DNA from: Cyanophora paradoxa CCMP329 | Taxonomy: Eukaryota > Plantae > Glaucophyta | Length of the DNA: 64,000 bases | Reading direction: 5' to 3' | Assembly (NCBI GenBank): GCA_004431415.1 | Contig: QPMI01000621.1 | Coordinates: 124,001 to 188,000, forward strand | Part shown: positions 21,200 to 32,779 of the stretch, in pieces | Numbering within the stretch: the first letter of the stretch is position 1 | Layout: every line of letters starts with the position of its first letter | Notes under the pieces: model-generated | What the model was told of the DNA's origin: nothing | What the model saw: only the letters and a program-made list of their open reading frames with translations | The model's database searches: none | Translations under genes and position numbers: made by a program

Positions 21200-21985
21200 C
21201 CGCTGGCGGCGGTCGGCGGGGGTGCCCGAGAGGGTCCCGTCGCGGGGCGAGCGGCGGTGCCAGCGCAGCTGGCGGCGGACCTGCGCATGCGGGGCGTGGG
21301 ACAGGGCGGGCAAGGCGCGGGGCGGGGGCGGACCTCGGCGTCGGAGAGGGCGTCGACGGCGGCGGAGTCGGTGAGCATGCCGCGCGGCGCCCCGGCCTCG
21401 TAGCGCTCGCCGCGCCCCTGCAGCCACTCGCGCAGCCGCCGCGGGAGGCCGACGCGAGCGAGGGCAGGGCAGCCAGACGCGGCGAGCGCCCGCACGTCGT
21501 CAATGGAGGCGGGGGTATCCTCCAGCCGCAGCTCCTCCAGCCGTGCCGCCCCTGCGCTTGCCGCCCCCGGGCCCGCCCACATCGATCCCGATATCGATGC
21601 AGCGTGACCGCGGCTGCAGCTGCACGCGCACCGCGCAGTGGCGAGAGGGACGTGACCCCGGTGCCGACAAGGTCGAGCGATGTGAGGGCGGGGAGGCCTG
21701 CAGAGCCGCGCGCGGGGGGCCCGGGGTGAGGAAGAGGGTGATCATGACCGGTACAGGCGCCGGGGCCGGGGGGCGGGTGGCGGGCACGGGCGAGAGGCGC
21801 GAGGGCCGGCGACTCGAGCAGCGGGTTGCCTCGGAGAGAAAGAGAGCGAAGGCGGAGGAGGGCCGCCGGCAAGCCAGGGGGTAGATCGATGAGGGAGTTG
21901 CGCGCGAGGGAGAGCCTCTCGAGGGCCGCCCCGAGCCGCAGCACCCCCTCCGGCACCGACTGGAGCCCGCAGCCATCCAGATGCA
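21200..21985 (-). CDS. Leucine-rich-repeat protein fragment (possibly pseudogene)
   Basis: LERLSLARNSL, LRSLSLRGNPL, LTSLDLVGTGV and LEELRLEDTP in successive exon-like segments. Confidence 0.6.
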
Positions 21986-22719
21986 GTACTAGAGACCCTG
22001 TTCGCCTTGGTTCTGCAGCTGCCGCACCGGCCCGCTTCAGCTACGTATACCCTAATAATATTACTGTTGCAACCGCGTGCGGTTGGGCGGTTGCGGTTCG
22101 CGCGGGCTGGCGCTCACCTGCGAGCGCGGCCAGCCTCTGAACCAGCTGCGACTTGTTTGTCTGACCGGAGAGGTCAACCTCCTTGACGACAGGGGCCGCG
22201 CCGGCCGTATTTCTCGTCTCGGCCGCGTCGTGCGCAGATCTGATCGCCCTCCGAAGTGAGTTGCGCGAGGCCCCGCGCCGTAGGTGGAGGATCGGAATGA
22301 GCTCGAAACGCTGATTTAGATGACGTACGTATACGCGAGATCTCCCCCGCCATCCGCCCTAGCTCGCTTGGACGGCCGAAGCACAGTGGCAAGGTGCTCG
22401 AGCTCGGGCCGGACGCTTGCCTCGCTCGAGCTCGAACTGCTTTCGCTAGACTGTGCGACACTGAATCAGCTCACGAGGGAGCCGCGCGCGGCCGGGGCCG
22501 GCCAATTACGCACCATGGTCGTTCGATTCGCACCCGTACCCCTTCCGCACTGCGGACCGCACTGCGAGGGCGCTGATCATGAGCAAGCGTTTACTTCTGA
22601 AGTCGACGCGTACGCCTACCCCGATTGCAGAGCGCTTTGCGCAGCTGCGCGCTGGCGTCGGATCCGGTGCGGGCGCCGGCGCGCGCCGGCGTCGGCGCCA
22701 GCCGGCGCCCAGGCTCCCG

Positions 22720-22970
22720 CCGCCCTCCCCCGCCCCCGTCGGGCCCCTCCCCCGCTGCCTCGCCCCCGCTTTCGATTGCAACGGGGCCGGGGCCGACGAC
22801 GGGGCCGACTGAGCGGCCTCGAGCTCGAGCTCCGCGGCTCTGATGTCGATCTTGACGGCGCCGCCGCGCCCTCCTAGGCCTCCCCCGCGCCTCCTCCGCC
22901 GCACCCTCCTCCGGCCGGGCGCCCTCGCGCGCACCCCTCGAGCTCGCGCCCTTCCAGGGCCGCCGGGCCC
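22720..22970. repeat. Dispersed degenerate repeat, copy 2
   Basis: Matches 20400-20690 but carries added palindromic micro-insertions. Confidence 0.75.
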
Positions 22971-23295
22971 GAGCTCGAGGCCGGCCGGGGCGCCCGGCCG
23001 CCGCCTTCGAGGGCTCGCCCCGCCGCGGCGCCGGCGCCATGGCCAGCCCCCCCCGTGCGCCGTCAGCTAGGCTAGGGCTTCCTCTTCTGAAGCTCAATTT
23101 CGCCCAGCAGCTGATCCGCTCGTGAGCGCTAGCTATGTATGCGCTAGCGGGTTAAACCGTGAACGTTAACATTCGCCCCGCCGTATACGTTATAACTCAA
23201 AAATGTGCGGCCGGGCGCCCGGCTGCATGCGCATGCAAATGTGCACAGAAGTATGAGCTATATCGCTTATACAGCACTGGTGGAATTAATCACGA

Positions 23296-26261
23296 TCAGG
23301 TGCCGCCCCGGCCGGGGCCCGGGCCCGGGGGGCCGAAGCCGCCGCAGCCGCCCCCGAAGTAGGCCGAGATGGGCCGCTGGCCCCCCGCCCCCCCCGCGCC
23401 CCTCCGGATGCCCCGCCTTCTTCCGCCCCCGCTTCGGGGGCGAGCCGCCGGCGCCGGGTGCTGGCGCCGGCGGGCGCTTCTCCGCCCCGGAGCGAGCGCG
23501 AGCAGGGGCCGAGGGAGAGGGCGAGGGCGAGGGCGAGAGCCACGGCGGCGACGGAGACGGCGACGGCGACGGCGACGCAGCGGACGGGACTGGGGCCACC
23601 CCGCCGCCCCGCTCCTCGCTCTCCTCCTCGAGATCGATCACGTCGGGCGGGCCCGGGCCCCGGGGCGGGGCGGGCCCGGGGCGGGCCGGCGGCGGGCCGG
23701 CGGGCGAGGCGCCGGCGCCGGCGGCGGCTGCCCCCCGCGAGGATCGCGCCGCCAGCCCCCGGGAAGGGCCCCCGCCGCTCCCTTCCGCCTCCTCCACCTC
23801 CTCGGCGTCCTCCTCCTCGGCGTCAAGGTCCACAGGCTCGGGCGCGCCGGAGGCCGGCCGCGCCCCCTCCTCCTCCTCTTCTTCTTCTTCTTGTTTCAGG
23901 GACGCGTCCCCTCCCCCCCGCGCTTCCACCGCCCCTCCCTTTCTCCGCGGCCGGGGGCCCGCCGTATACGTACCCCCTGCCGTCGCGGTCGCCGTCGCCG
24001 CCGAAGGGCCGAAGAGCCGCCTGAAGGAATCCGCGCTCCGGCCCTGGGGGGTACGGGTCGGCGCGAGCAGTGGTACGGGCGGCGCGGAGCGACGCGGGGC
24101 CTCCCACGAGCTCACGTTTCGGTCCACCAGATTCGAAAAGTGCTTCAGCTGTATGAGGGGCGAGGGGGGCGAAGGAACATCAGCGCCGGGGTACACGAAA
24201 GTTCGGGGGGTGGGGGGGGTGTGGGGGTGCAAGACGCGCCAGGGACTCGTCTGACTTCAGCTTTGAGCTGACGACGGTGGGTACTACGCGCTTCGGGCGG
24301 ATCAGGCCCACCTGAGACGCGAGGCGGGGGTACGGGTCGCTTTCGGGGCGGGGTACAGGGCGGGAGCGCGGGGCGGCGCGCACGAAGTCCCTTAGCTCGG
24401 CGTAGTTCGAGTGCTCGCTGTAGGGCACCTGCGGGGGGTACGAAGTAAGTCAACCTGGGGTACGGGGTATGAGAAGGGGTACGCCGCGCGCCTCGTAGAC
24501 GGCGCAGGGCCCGCGCTCGAGCCGCGCAAGCGCGCTGCTCTTCGTCTGCCACGTCCAGCCTGGGTACCCGAATGAGCCGGGACCGAGGGGGCGTACCCCC
24601 TCAGGCCGGGGTACCCGTTGGGACGAAGCCGACGATGCGCGTGAGGGGGTCAGGCGCAGCTGCTGCCTCCTCCGCCCCGCCGGCGGGAGCGGGTGCGGCC
24701 GCCCGCCTCGCCGCGTTGTGCTCCTCAAGCAACCGCTCCATTCGCTGCAAACGAAGCTTACAAACGCGTGCAAGAGCGGGGCAGCCGGAGCCGGGTACGT
24801 GTACCCCGTAGTCCGGGACGAACTTCCACCCCCCCGGGGCGAACTCGCCGAGGGCGTCCCAGGGTACGGCTGCGAGGCGCGTGTCCCCGGCCCGCGTCGT
24901 GAAGCGCGCCAGGTCCCCGGGGTCCATTCCAAGGAGCCCTGCGTGGGGGAAAGAACGGGCGGGGGGAGAAAGGTCAGCCGAACTCGAGAGCGAACTCGAA
25001 CTCAGAACGACTAGTACTAGACACTAGAAGAAGGCAGCTTGAGAGAAGGAAAGGCTCGCAAAAGAATCACGCTTTCTACCTCTAGGAAAGCCTTGAGCTG
25101 GAAGAGAGCAAGTCAATTAGATCTATGTAGCTAGCTATAGAGGGCTCGCCTAGGATGCCCATCTTGCGCTCGGAGACGTGGACTTGGCACCCGAAACTCC
25201 GCGAGCACTCCAGCAGGATCTTCTCCTAAGGGGGGAGGGGGAGTCAGTTTGGGGGGAGAGATGGGGGGGTACGCCCCGCCCCGCCCGCCCACTCGCCTTG
25301 CCGATGGTGTACGTGGCGACGCAGAGGAGAGTTCGCCCGTCCTCGAAGTGCTCCTTCGCCTTCTCCACCACAGAGCGGACCTGCGGGGCGTCAGGGGGTA
25401 CGCGGACGGGAGGCGGAGGGGGGGGTACCGACACGTCCTGAGGGGGGAAGACGAAGCGGGGGTGGCAGTACCTGGCGGGGCGGAAGAGGGTCGGGGGAGG
25501 GGTCCGGGAGACGGGATGGGGAGGGGGGTACGTGGTGTCGAGGTAGAGGCAGTCGATGGAGGGGGCGGGGGGCCCGAGGGGGGCGAAAGCAGCCCCGATC
25601 GCCTCGCGGCTCCAGCGGAAGTCGCCCGTGTGCAGGTGCCGCCTGCGCGGCGGGGTACACGAATCAGAGGGCGCGGGGAGGGGGTACAGCGTTCCGTCCC
25701 GCGCGCGCCTGCCGTCCCGCGTGCGGAAGAGGATGACGGCGGATCCGGGGCAGTGGTTCGCGGGGAGGAGCGTCACTTCGGTGCCGTCCACTTCCACCGG
25801 GCGCCCCTGCGGGAGCCGGGGGATCAAAAGCTGAAGAAGAGAGAGTGAGCGCCGAAGCGCTGAGAAAGGCGGCTGCGCGCCATCGGGAGCGGCCGTATGT
25901 ACTTCGGATCGACCTCGAGAACCTGCTCTACGAGCCGCGCTGCGAGCGAGTGCACGCGCGCGCCTCAAACGTCGTACGCGTGCGGCGAAACGGCGGCGCG
26001 GCGAGGCGCGGGGGATCGCCGCGCACCCGTTATCTCGCCCGTGTAGATGGGCCCGTCCCGCCAGCGGGCAGTGAGCCCGCTGTAGTGGTCGGCGTGGAAG
26101 TGGGAAAGGAAGAAGAGGAAGGGCCAGGCGTCGGGCGCCGGATCGGCCTCGTCCTTCGCCTCCTTCTGCCGCCAACGGAGCTTGAAGTTGTCGACGAGGA
26201 TGCGCGTGCCAGGCAGCGTGCGCCGGTACTCCGGGAAGTCCGCCAGCGATGCGCTCGTCAT
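23296..26261 (-). CDS. SNM1: DNA cross-link repair nuclease SNM1/PSO2 family (metallo-beta-lactamase/beta-CASP), multi-exon
   Basis: ILVDNF, FLSHFHADHYSGL, LLPANHCPGS, LHTGDFR, LYLDTTY, YTIGKE and VPYSEHS motifs. Confidence 0.93.
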
Positions 26262-26440
26262 GGCAGCGGCTGCAGCTCTCGCTCCGCGTGCGGCTGCCGC
26301 CGCGCCGGCCGCTCTGGGCGCCGCCGGGCCGACCTGGGTCACTTGGTTTTCAGTCGGGTACGCGAATTCTGATCGCTCCTGGTGGTTCGGCGGACCCGCG
26401 TTCTGGGCTTTAGCTAGCGTTCGCCATTGGCTCGGAGAAG

Positions 26441-28283
26441 ATGTCTCGCCGGCGGTCCGCGCCGGCGGTTGCCGATATCCAGTTCGACCCACAGGACTAC
26501 AAGTACCACACGCACCTCTGTGGCTGTTGTGACGATATTGAGACATGTGCGTGGCCCTGCCGGTTTCGGAAGCCTAAGCGGGTCCCAGCAGCCGCCTTTC
26601 CCGCTAACGCCCGAACCCGCGGCGCAGGTGTACCGACTTGTTTCTGCCCGCAGCTGCAGCTCGGAATGAACGAATGGAGATTTGCCCGAAGGACTCCGCC
26701 GTGCGTGCCCCCGGGAGGGCTCGTCGCGATTCAGCTTTTGAACCATAGAGGGCCGCCGCCTTCCGCAATCTCGGAGCCGGCCGGAATCGCGGCCGCGCGA
26801 GCCTAGGATCTCTCTAGAGGCGTTCGCAATGCCGACGGCGGCTCGGCGGGGCCCTGCGGGGCGGTTGTCCGGTGGCTCCGCAATCAGCGGCGCCCTGACC
26901 GCGGGCGGCCCTCGGCGGCGCAGAGTGAACACCTGTGCGCTTATCTGCTGCATGGATCTGTTCTCCCTCGGACTGGCGACCTGCATCTGCACCATGCTGA
27001 ACCGGTCCAAGTACCGCCGGCACTACGGTCCGCCCCGCCGCCCCGCGCCGCCGTCGCCGCCGCCGCCCGCCGCTCCCCGCGCTGACCTTCGTCCCGCAGG
27101 CGACACGAAGGTGCCGCGACCTCGCGCGCCGGGCCCTGCGGCGCCCACCCAAACTCGCCTCCGCGCAGGGGGGCGACATCGACGACTGCTGCCGGGCCTT
27201 CTGCTGCAACATGTGCACGATCTGTCAGGACGCACGCGAGCTGAAGTGCGCCCGCCTCCCACACCGGCGCGCCTCTCGCGCGAGCCGACGACGCGGCGGC
27301 GCGCGCGTAGGCTCCGGCGGGGCATGGCCGACGTGCGGGCCCGGACGATGCGCGCGCCGCAGCCCCAGCCGCAGACCGTGGCGCCCCTTGCGATGTACGC
27401 GCCGCAGATGCTCACGATGGCGCCGCCGCCGCACAGCGACCCGCCCTCGACGCACTCGCTGCACGCCTCCCAGCTGAACTACGCCCTCCCGGGCTCCATC
27501 TCGATCGCCGCGCCCCAGCCGCAGCCGCAGCTTGTGATGCAGGCCCCGGCCCAGCAGCTCGTCCTCCCCGCCCCCCAGTTCCAGATCGCCTCCGCCCCGC
27601 CCCCGCCGCCCCCGCCCCCGCCGCCGCAGCCCATCTACGCCTTCGCGGCGCCCCAGCCGCAGCTCGTGCTGCAGGCCCCGCAGCCTCCGCCGCAGCCGCC
27701 GCAGCCGCAGCCGCTCATCGGCGCGCGCGACGTGGCGCGCTTCGGGAGCACCTCGGGCGGCGTGCTGACGACCTCGACGGCGACGAACAGCTACCACCCG
27801 CGGGGCGGCGCGGGGATCGTGCACCCCTCCGGCGGGGGCTCCAACGCTATGCTAACGACCACCTACGCCATCTACCCCCAGGCGAGCCCAGCCCGCCTCG
27901 CGCCCCTCTTCTCTCTAACGCCCCCCGCAGTACCACGCGCTCCAGCAGCAGCAGCAGCAGCAGCAGATGCAGCAGCAGGTGCAGATGCAGCAGCAGCAGG
28001 TGCAGATGGTGGCGGCCGCGCCGGCGGTCCAGCAGGCCACCACCACCACCTACGCCATGGTACGCCCCCCCCGTCCTCCCTCTTTCTTTCGTTCTTCAGC
28101 TGTCCCTCTCGGCCGGGCTAACCGGCCGCCGCGCAGGTCCCCACCATCACCCCCGCGCGGCAGACCATCACCAGCCCCATCTCCCCCGTACCCTTCCCGT
28201 CGTGCGCCCCTACCCCCCTCCCCTTTCCCGCCGCGTCGACGGCTCGCGCTTCCCTTGCTCACGGCCCTTTCAGCAGACTCTGA
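26441..28283 (+). CDS. PLAC8-domain (Cys-rich) protein with Pro/Gln-rich tail, multi-exon
   Basis: LCGCCDDIETC, NRSKYRRHY and DDCCRAFCCNMCTICQDARELK. Divergent from SNM1 across about 180 bp. The 3' end is approximate. Confidence 0.85.
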
Positions 28284-28560
28284 GTTCGACTCTTCTGGGC
28301 GCGGGGCGGCCCGCCCCTCGGCCCCGCCGCCTCCGCTCCGGCCCCCGTTCTAGTCCCGTAGTTTCATGTGGCTTGAGCAGTTCAGCTTGTCCTGTAATTC
28401 AAGCGACGACGACGTTCGAGGTCAGGCGAGGGGGGCGGCGAGGGGTAGAGGGCCGATGTCCGGGGAGGCAGGCCAGGAGAGGGCAGACGGCCGCGGGGCG
28501 GCACCGGAAGGGGGTTGGGGGGAGGGGTACAAGGATGGGCCCGGGCTCGAGGGCGTCAGC

Positions 28561-31500
28561 TCAGGGGTACGGGCGGCGCCCGGCGAGGAGCCTGTCGATG
28601 GGGTCCCGGGCCCGCTGGAGGTCCTCCGGGGACTCGAACTCGCTCACGTTCGCGACGTTGATCCGGACCGAGACCTCGGGCCCCAGGCGCGCGAGGACCT
28701 GGGGGGAGGAAGGGTGAGGGGGGCCGAGAAGGTGTGGGGCGGGAGGGGGTACCTCGAAGGGGCGGAGGGCGGAGCGGGAGTAGGGCTCGAGGGTGACGGC
28801 GACGTAGAGGCGGCGGAGGGCGGGGAGGGCGGCGATCGCCTCCGCCTCGGCGACGGAGAGGGGCGCGCCGGCCTCCTCCTCCTCGGCGTCCAGGGGCCGC
28901 CCGAGGCGCAGGTCGAGCTCGGTGAGGGCGCGACGTCCTCCTCGGCGCAGGAGCCCGACGACGTCCTCCGGGCTCGCCTCGCGCGCTGCCGAAGCTCAGC
29001 TGAAGCTCAGCTGAAGCTCAGCTGAGGGCCGAGCGCGCACCGTTGAGCTCGAGGCGGAGGGCGGAGAGGTTTGGGGGGCACGAGAGGGCCTCGGCGAGGG
29101 CGGGGAGGAGCGCCGCGTTGGGGCCGGCCGCGTCGCTCCCCTCCACCCGCAGGACCAGCTCCCTGGCGCGATTGAATCTTAGATAAGCTTCAAGAGTTCT
29201 CTTAGGTTCTGGGCGGGGGTGATCCTGAGAACACGATGATCTCTTAGGTTTCCGAGTTATAATTAGATCTTGAATCTTAGATAAGACCTGGGCCTGGGCA
29301 CAAGTCTTAGGTGCCTTAGGACCAGCTCCCTGGCGCGAGTCTTAGCTATAGAGAGGGTTCTGCGCTTGTCTGGGATCTCTGTAAATGTAAGATTCTAAGT
29401 TCTAGATTTGTGCAGCTGTCAGATTCGGGGTTCCACATTTCTTTCAGATTTCTCTTAGGTTCCGGGCGTAAGATTCCTCTTAGGATCTGGGGGGGTGGGG
29501 GTACCGGAGGCTGGAGGCGCCGCGGCCCAGGGCCAGCACCGCCACCGGCGCCGTCCGGTCCGCCCGGATCTGGAGAAGCCCGAGTCAGAGAGCGGGGCCG
29601 TTACCGGTATTTATAATGAAATTTAACGGAAAGTGGAGCCTCACAGCGGAGCACGAATATTAGTCAGAGAGCGGGGCCAGATCCGGAATCTGAACAGCGC
29701 AAGGCCCAATCTGAGATCTAGCGGAAAGAGACCTAAACCTTAACAACGGAAGTCCTTCTCTTAAATCTAACCGAACGCGGGGCCGGAATCTATAACTAAA
29801 CAACGCAAGTCCTTCTCTTAAATCCAACGGCGGGCGCGCACGGGGAGCGGGGCGAGGCGCTCGAGGCGGGGCATCTAACGGAGAGAAAGGCCCTGGGGCC
29901 TCTGTAGCTAGAATCTTCAAGGCTTACGGAGATCTAATAAGAAATCTAACGGAAAGAACCTCTTATATAGGTAGATCTTATATACAGGGCGCACGCTCTC
30001 TTATTATAAAATTAAGAGGGCGCGCACGCAGAGGGGCCCGAGGGACTCGAGGCGGGGCATGCGCCCGAGGGCGGCGAGGGCGGCGTCCGAGAGCTCGACG
30101 CCCGCGAAGTGGCGGAGGTGGGGCCGCAGCGCCGCCGCGTCCACCTCCGCGAGCCGCGCGAGCTCGTCCGACCTGAAGAGGGGGCGGATGAGGGCCGGCC
30201 GCGGGGCGGAGGAGGCTAGTCTGGGCGGAGGAGGCTGGCAGAGGAGGCGCGCCGGGGCGGGGCGCGAGAGAGGGGGTGGAAGAGAGGCAGAGGAGGCTGC
30301 GCTGGGCTGGGCTGGGCCTCGAGCTCGCTCGCTCACCCGAGCTCGGCCTCGTTAGTTTGGGGCTAGTCTGGAGGAGGGCCAGGGCCCGGGCGGAGGAGGC
30401 TAGTCTGGGCTGGGCTGGGCCGGGCGGGGCCTCGCTCGCTCACCCGAGCTCGGCCTCGTTAGTCTGGGGCTAGTCTGGAGGAGGGCCGGGGCCGGGGCGG
30501 AGGAGGCTAGTCTGGGCTGGCCAGGCTGGTCGGGGCGGGGCCTCGCTCACCCGAGCTCGGCCTCGTTAGTCTGGGGCTAGTCTGGAGGAGGCCTAGGGCT
30601 GGGGCCCGGGTGGAGGAGGCTAGTCTGGGCTGGGCTGGGCCGGGCGGGGCCTCGCTCGCTCACCCGAGCTCGGCCTCGTTAGTCTGGGGCTAGTCTGGAG
30701 GAGGGCCGGGGCCGGGGCGGAGGAGGCTAGTCTGGGCTGGCCAGGCTGGGCTGGGCCGGGCGGGGCCTCGCTCACCTGAGCTTGGCCTCGTTGAGGAAGA
30801 GGAGGCGGCGGAGGCTGCGGCCGGCGGGCCCGGCGGCGAGGGCCGCGACGCCCTCGGAGACCTCGCCCCGCTGGCAGCGGAAGGCGAGGGCCAGGCGCTC
30901 GAGCCGCGCCAGGGGGGCGAGCGCCGCCAGCGCCGCCGACTCGGAGCCGTCCTTGGGGCGGAGGCCGAGGCTGCGGAGCAGCGGGCAGGCGGCGGCGATG
31001 GCGGTGGCGACCTCCGGCGGCATGCCGTTGTCGAGGGCCGGGAAGCATAGGGAGAGGGAGCGAAGGCCGCCGAAGGGAGCGAGGGCGGCCCGCAGCTCGG
31101 CGGCCGGGGGCGGCAGTATGATCGAGAGGGGCGACCGCCGCGCGTTGGCGAGGCTGAGGTGGAGCCCCTCGAGCGGGGCGGGCGCGCCCTCGGCCTCGGG
31201 CTCCGTATCCTGAGGGCGGAGCGCCCCAAGCGCTCCGAGCAGGTACGCGGACAGGAAATCGGGGCCGTACCCCTCCGCGAATCCGTGCTCGTCCATGTAC
31301 TCCGGCCCGAGCACTCGGACCACCACTTCCCGCAGCAGCGGCGCCGTCGCCGGCGCCGGCGCGGCGGCCGGCGCCGCTCCGCGCGATCCGCCGGCTGCAG
31401 CGCTGCGGCTGCGGCTCCGGGCGAACGCCGCGAGGAGACGGCAGGCCGCCGCCAGCTCGCGCCAGTCCGGGCCGAGCACGACGCCGGCGCCCCCGCCGAG

Positions 31501-31948
31501 CCGCAGCCTCCGATCCTCCACGAGCGCCGCCGCCGTCTCGTGCGCGCCGCGGTCCGGCTCGTGCCCGTTCTCGTCCCTCCACATCTCGAAGCCCGGCCAC
31601 TCCGTCTCCTCGACCACCCGCCGCCACCGCCTTTGGCCCAGTGCCCTTATCATTAGCATGCGCGCGCGGCCGCTCCGCGGCCCGGCCCAGCGCGCGCGCG
31701 GGCGATGCGGACCTGCAGACGCCGCGCAAGAGCCAGCTCTCCCGAAGCCCGAGCGCCCTGAAGACGCCGCCCAGCAACGCGTCCGGCATCGCTTCGAAAC
31801 CTCCCGCCGCTTCTAGATCTGCAGGCCTAGGCGAGGCTGGCGCCGCTGCGGCTGGCGCTTCGACGCGGGCCCGCTTCTCCTCGCGCCCTCCGGACCCCGA
31901 TGCGGCACTAGTACTCGGGGCACGTGCACCCGGCGTCGACGACGACAT
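28561..31948 (-). CDS. F-box/LRR-like protein, multi-exon
   Basis: FEAMPDALLGGVFRALGLRESWLLRGVCR|RWRRVV F-box, then LRSLSLCF, CPLLRSLGL, LERLALAF and LTELDLRL repeats. Confidence 0.75.
30205..30792. repeat. Intronic tandem repeat of about 110 bp (about 5 units) containing the exon/donor junction
   Basis: cacccgagctcggcctcgtt at 30334, 30441, 30548 and 30661, with the genuine junction cacctgagcttggcctcgtt at 30773. Confidence 0.9.
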
Positions 31949-32779
31949 CGCTGGCCGCTCCACGCCGATCTCCCGGCTGCACGTGCACTGCGGCAGGTTC
32001 AGCGATCCATTCCGGATCCGCACGCTAAGCGATTCGTTCCGACAGCAAGCCGCGCGCATGCACCTTCGGAATTCGAAAGCTGAACCCGTCGCCCACGTGC
32101 ACCGAGCACCAACCAGCAGTGAGCCTGGAGGAGTGTACCCCCCACGCCGATCGGCGAGCTCGCGCGCGCACCGGCGTGCTTGCTTGCACGTGCACGAGCC
32201 AAGCTAGCGCTGATCATGACGTCGACCGCGCGCGCGGCGCGGGGGGAGGCCGAGGGGGGGGGGCGGGGGGGGGGGGGCAGGATTTTAATTTCCATAAATT
32301 AAATGCGATGACGAGCCCAGCGCTAGCGCAAGCTATCGCCCAGATGCAGGAGTACGGGCTACGGATACTCGCGCGGGTTGCATGCGCAAATTGCCAGCTG
32401 CAGGGCCGGGCTTGCCGGCGCCATGGCCATGGCCCATGTGCCCCTGGCCACTGGTCAGTGGCCAGGGGCACAGGTTCAACATAATAAATTCACTAGGACC
32501 GTCGGACAAGAGCATGAACAAAACGAAGAGCCAAAAGCGTCAACAGAAAGAGGAGACACACAGATATATAGATATCGATCCATGTCAGAAGAGACGACGT
32601 ATACGTACCAAAACGGGAAAGACCAAGACTGAGAAGAGACAGAGCTAGAGCTAATTATATATAACACTGACATCCAAAGGGACTTTTTGAGATCATCGGA
32701 TACAACTTGCAAAGCCTATAGCTATTACATGGACAGGCTTGAGAAAATATACAATGACCGGCAGCAATTACCTCGAAGC

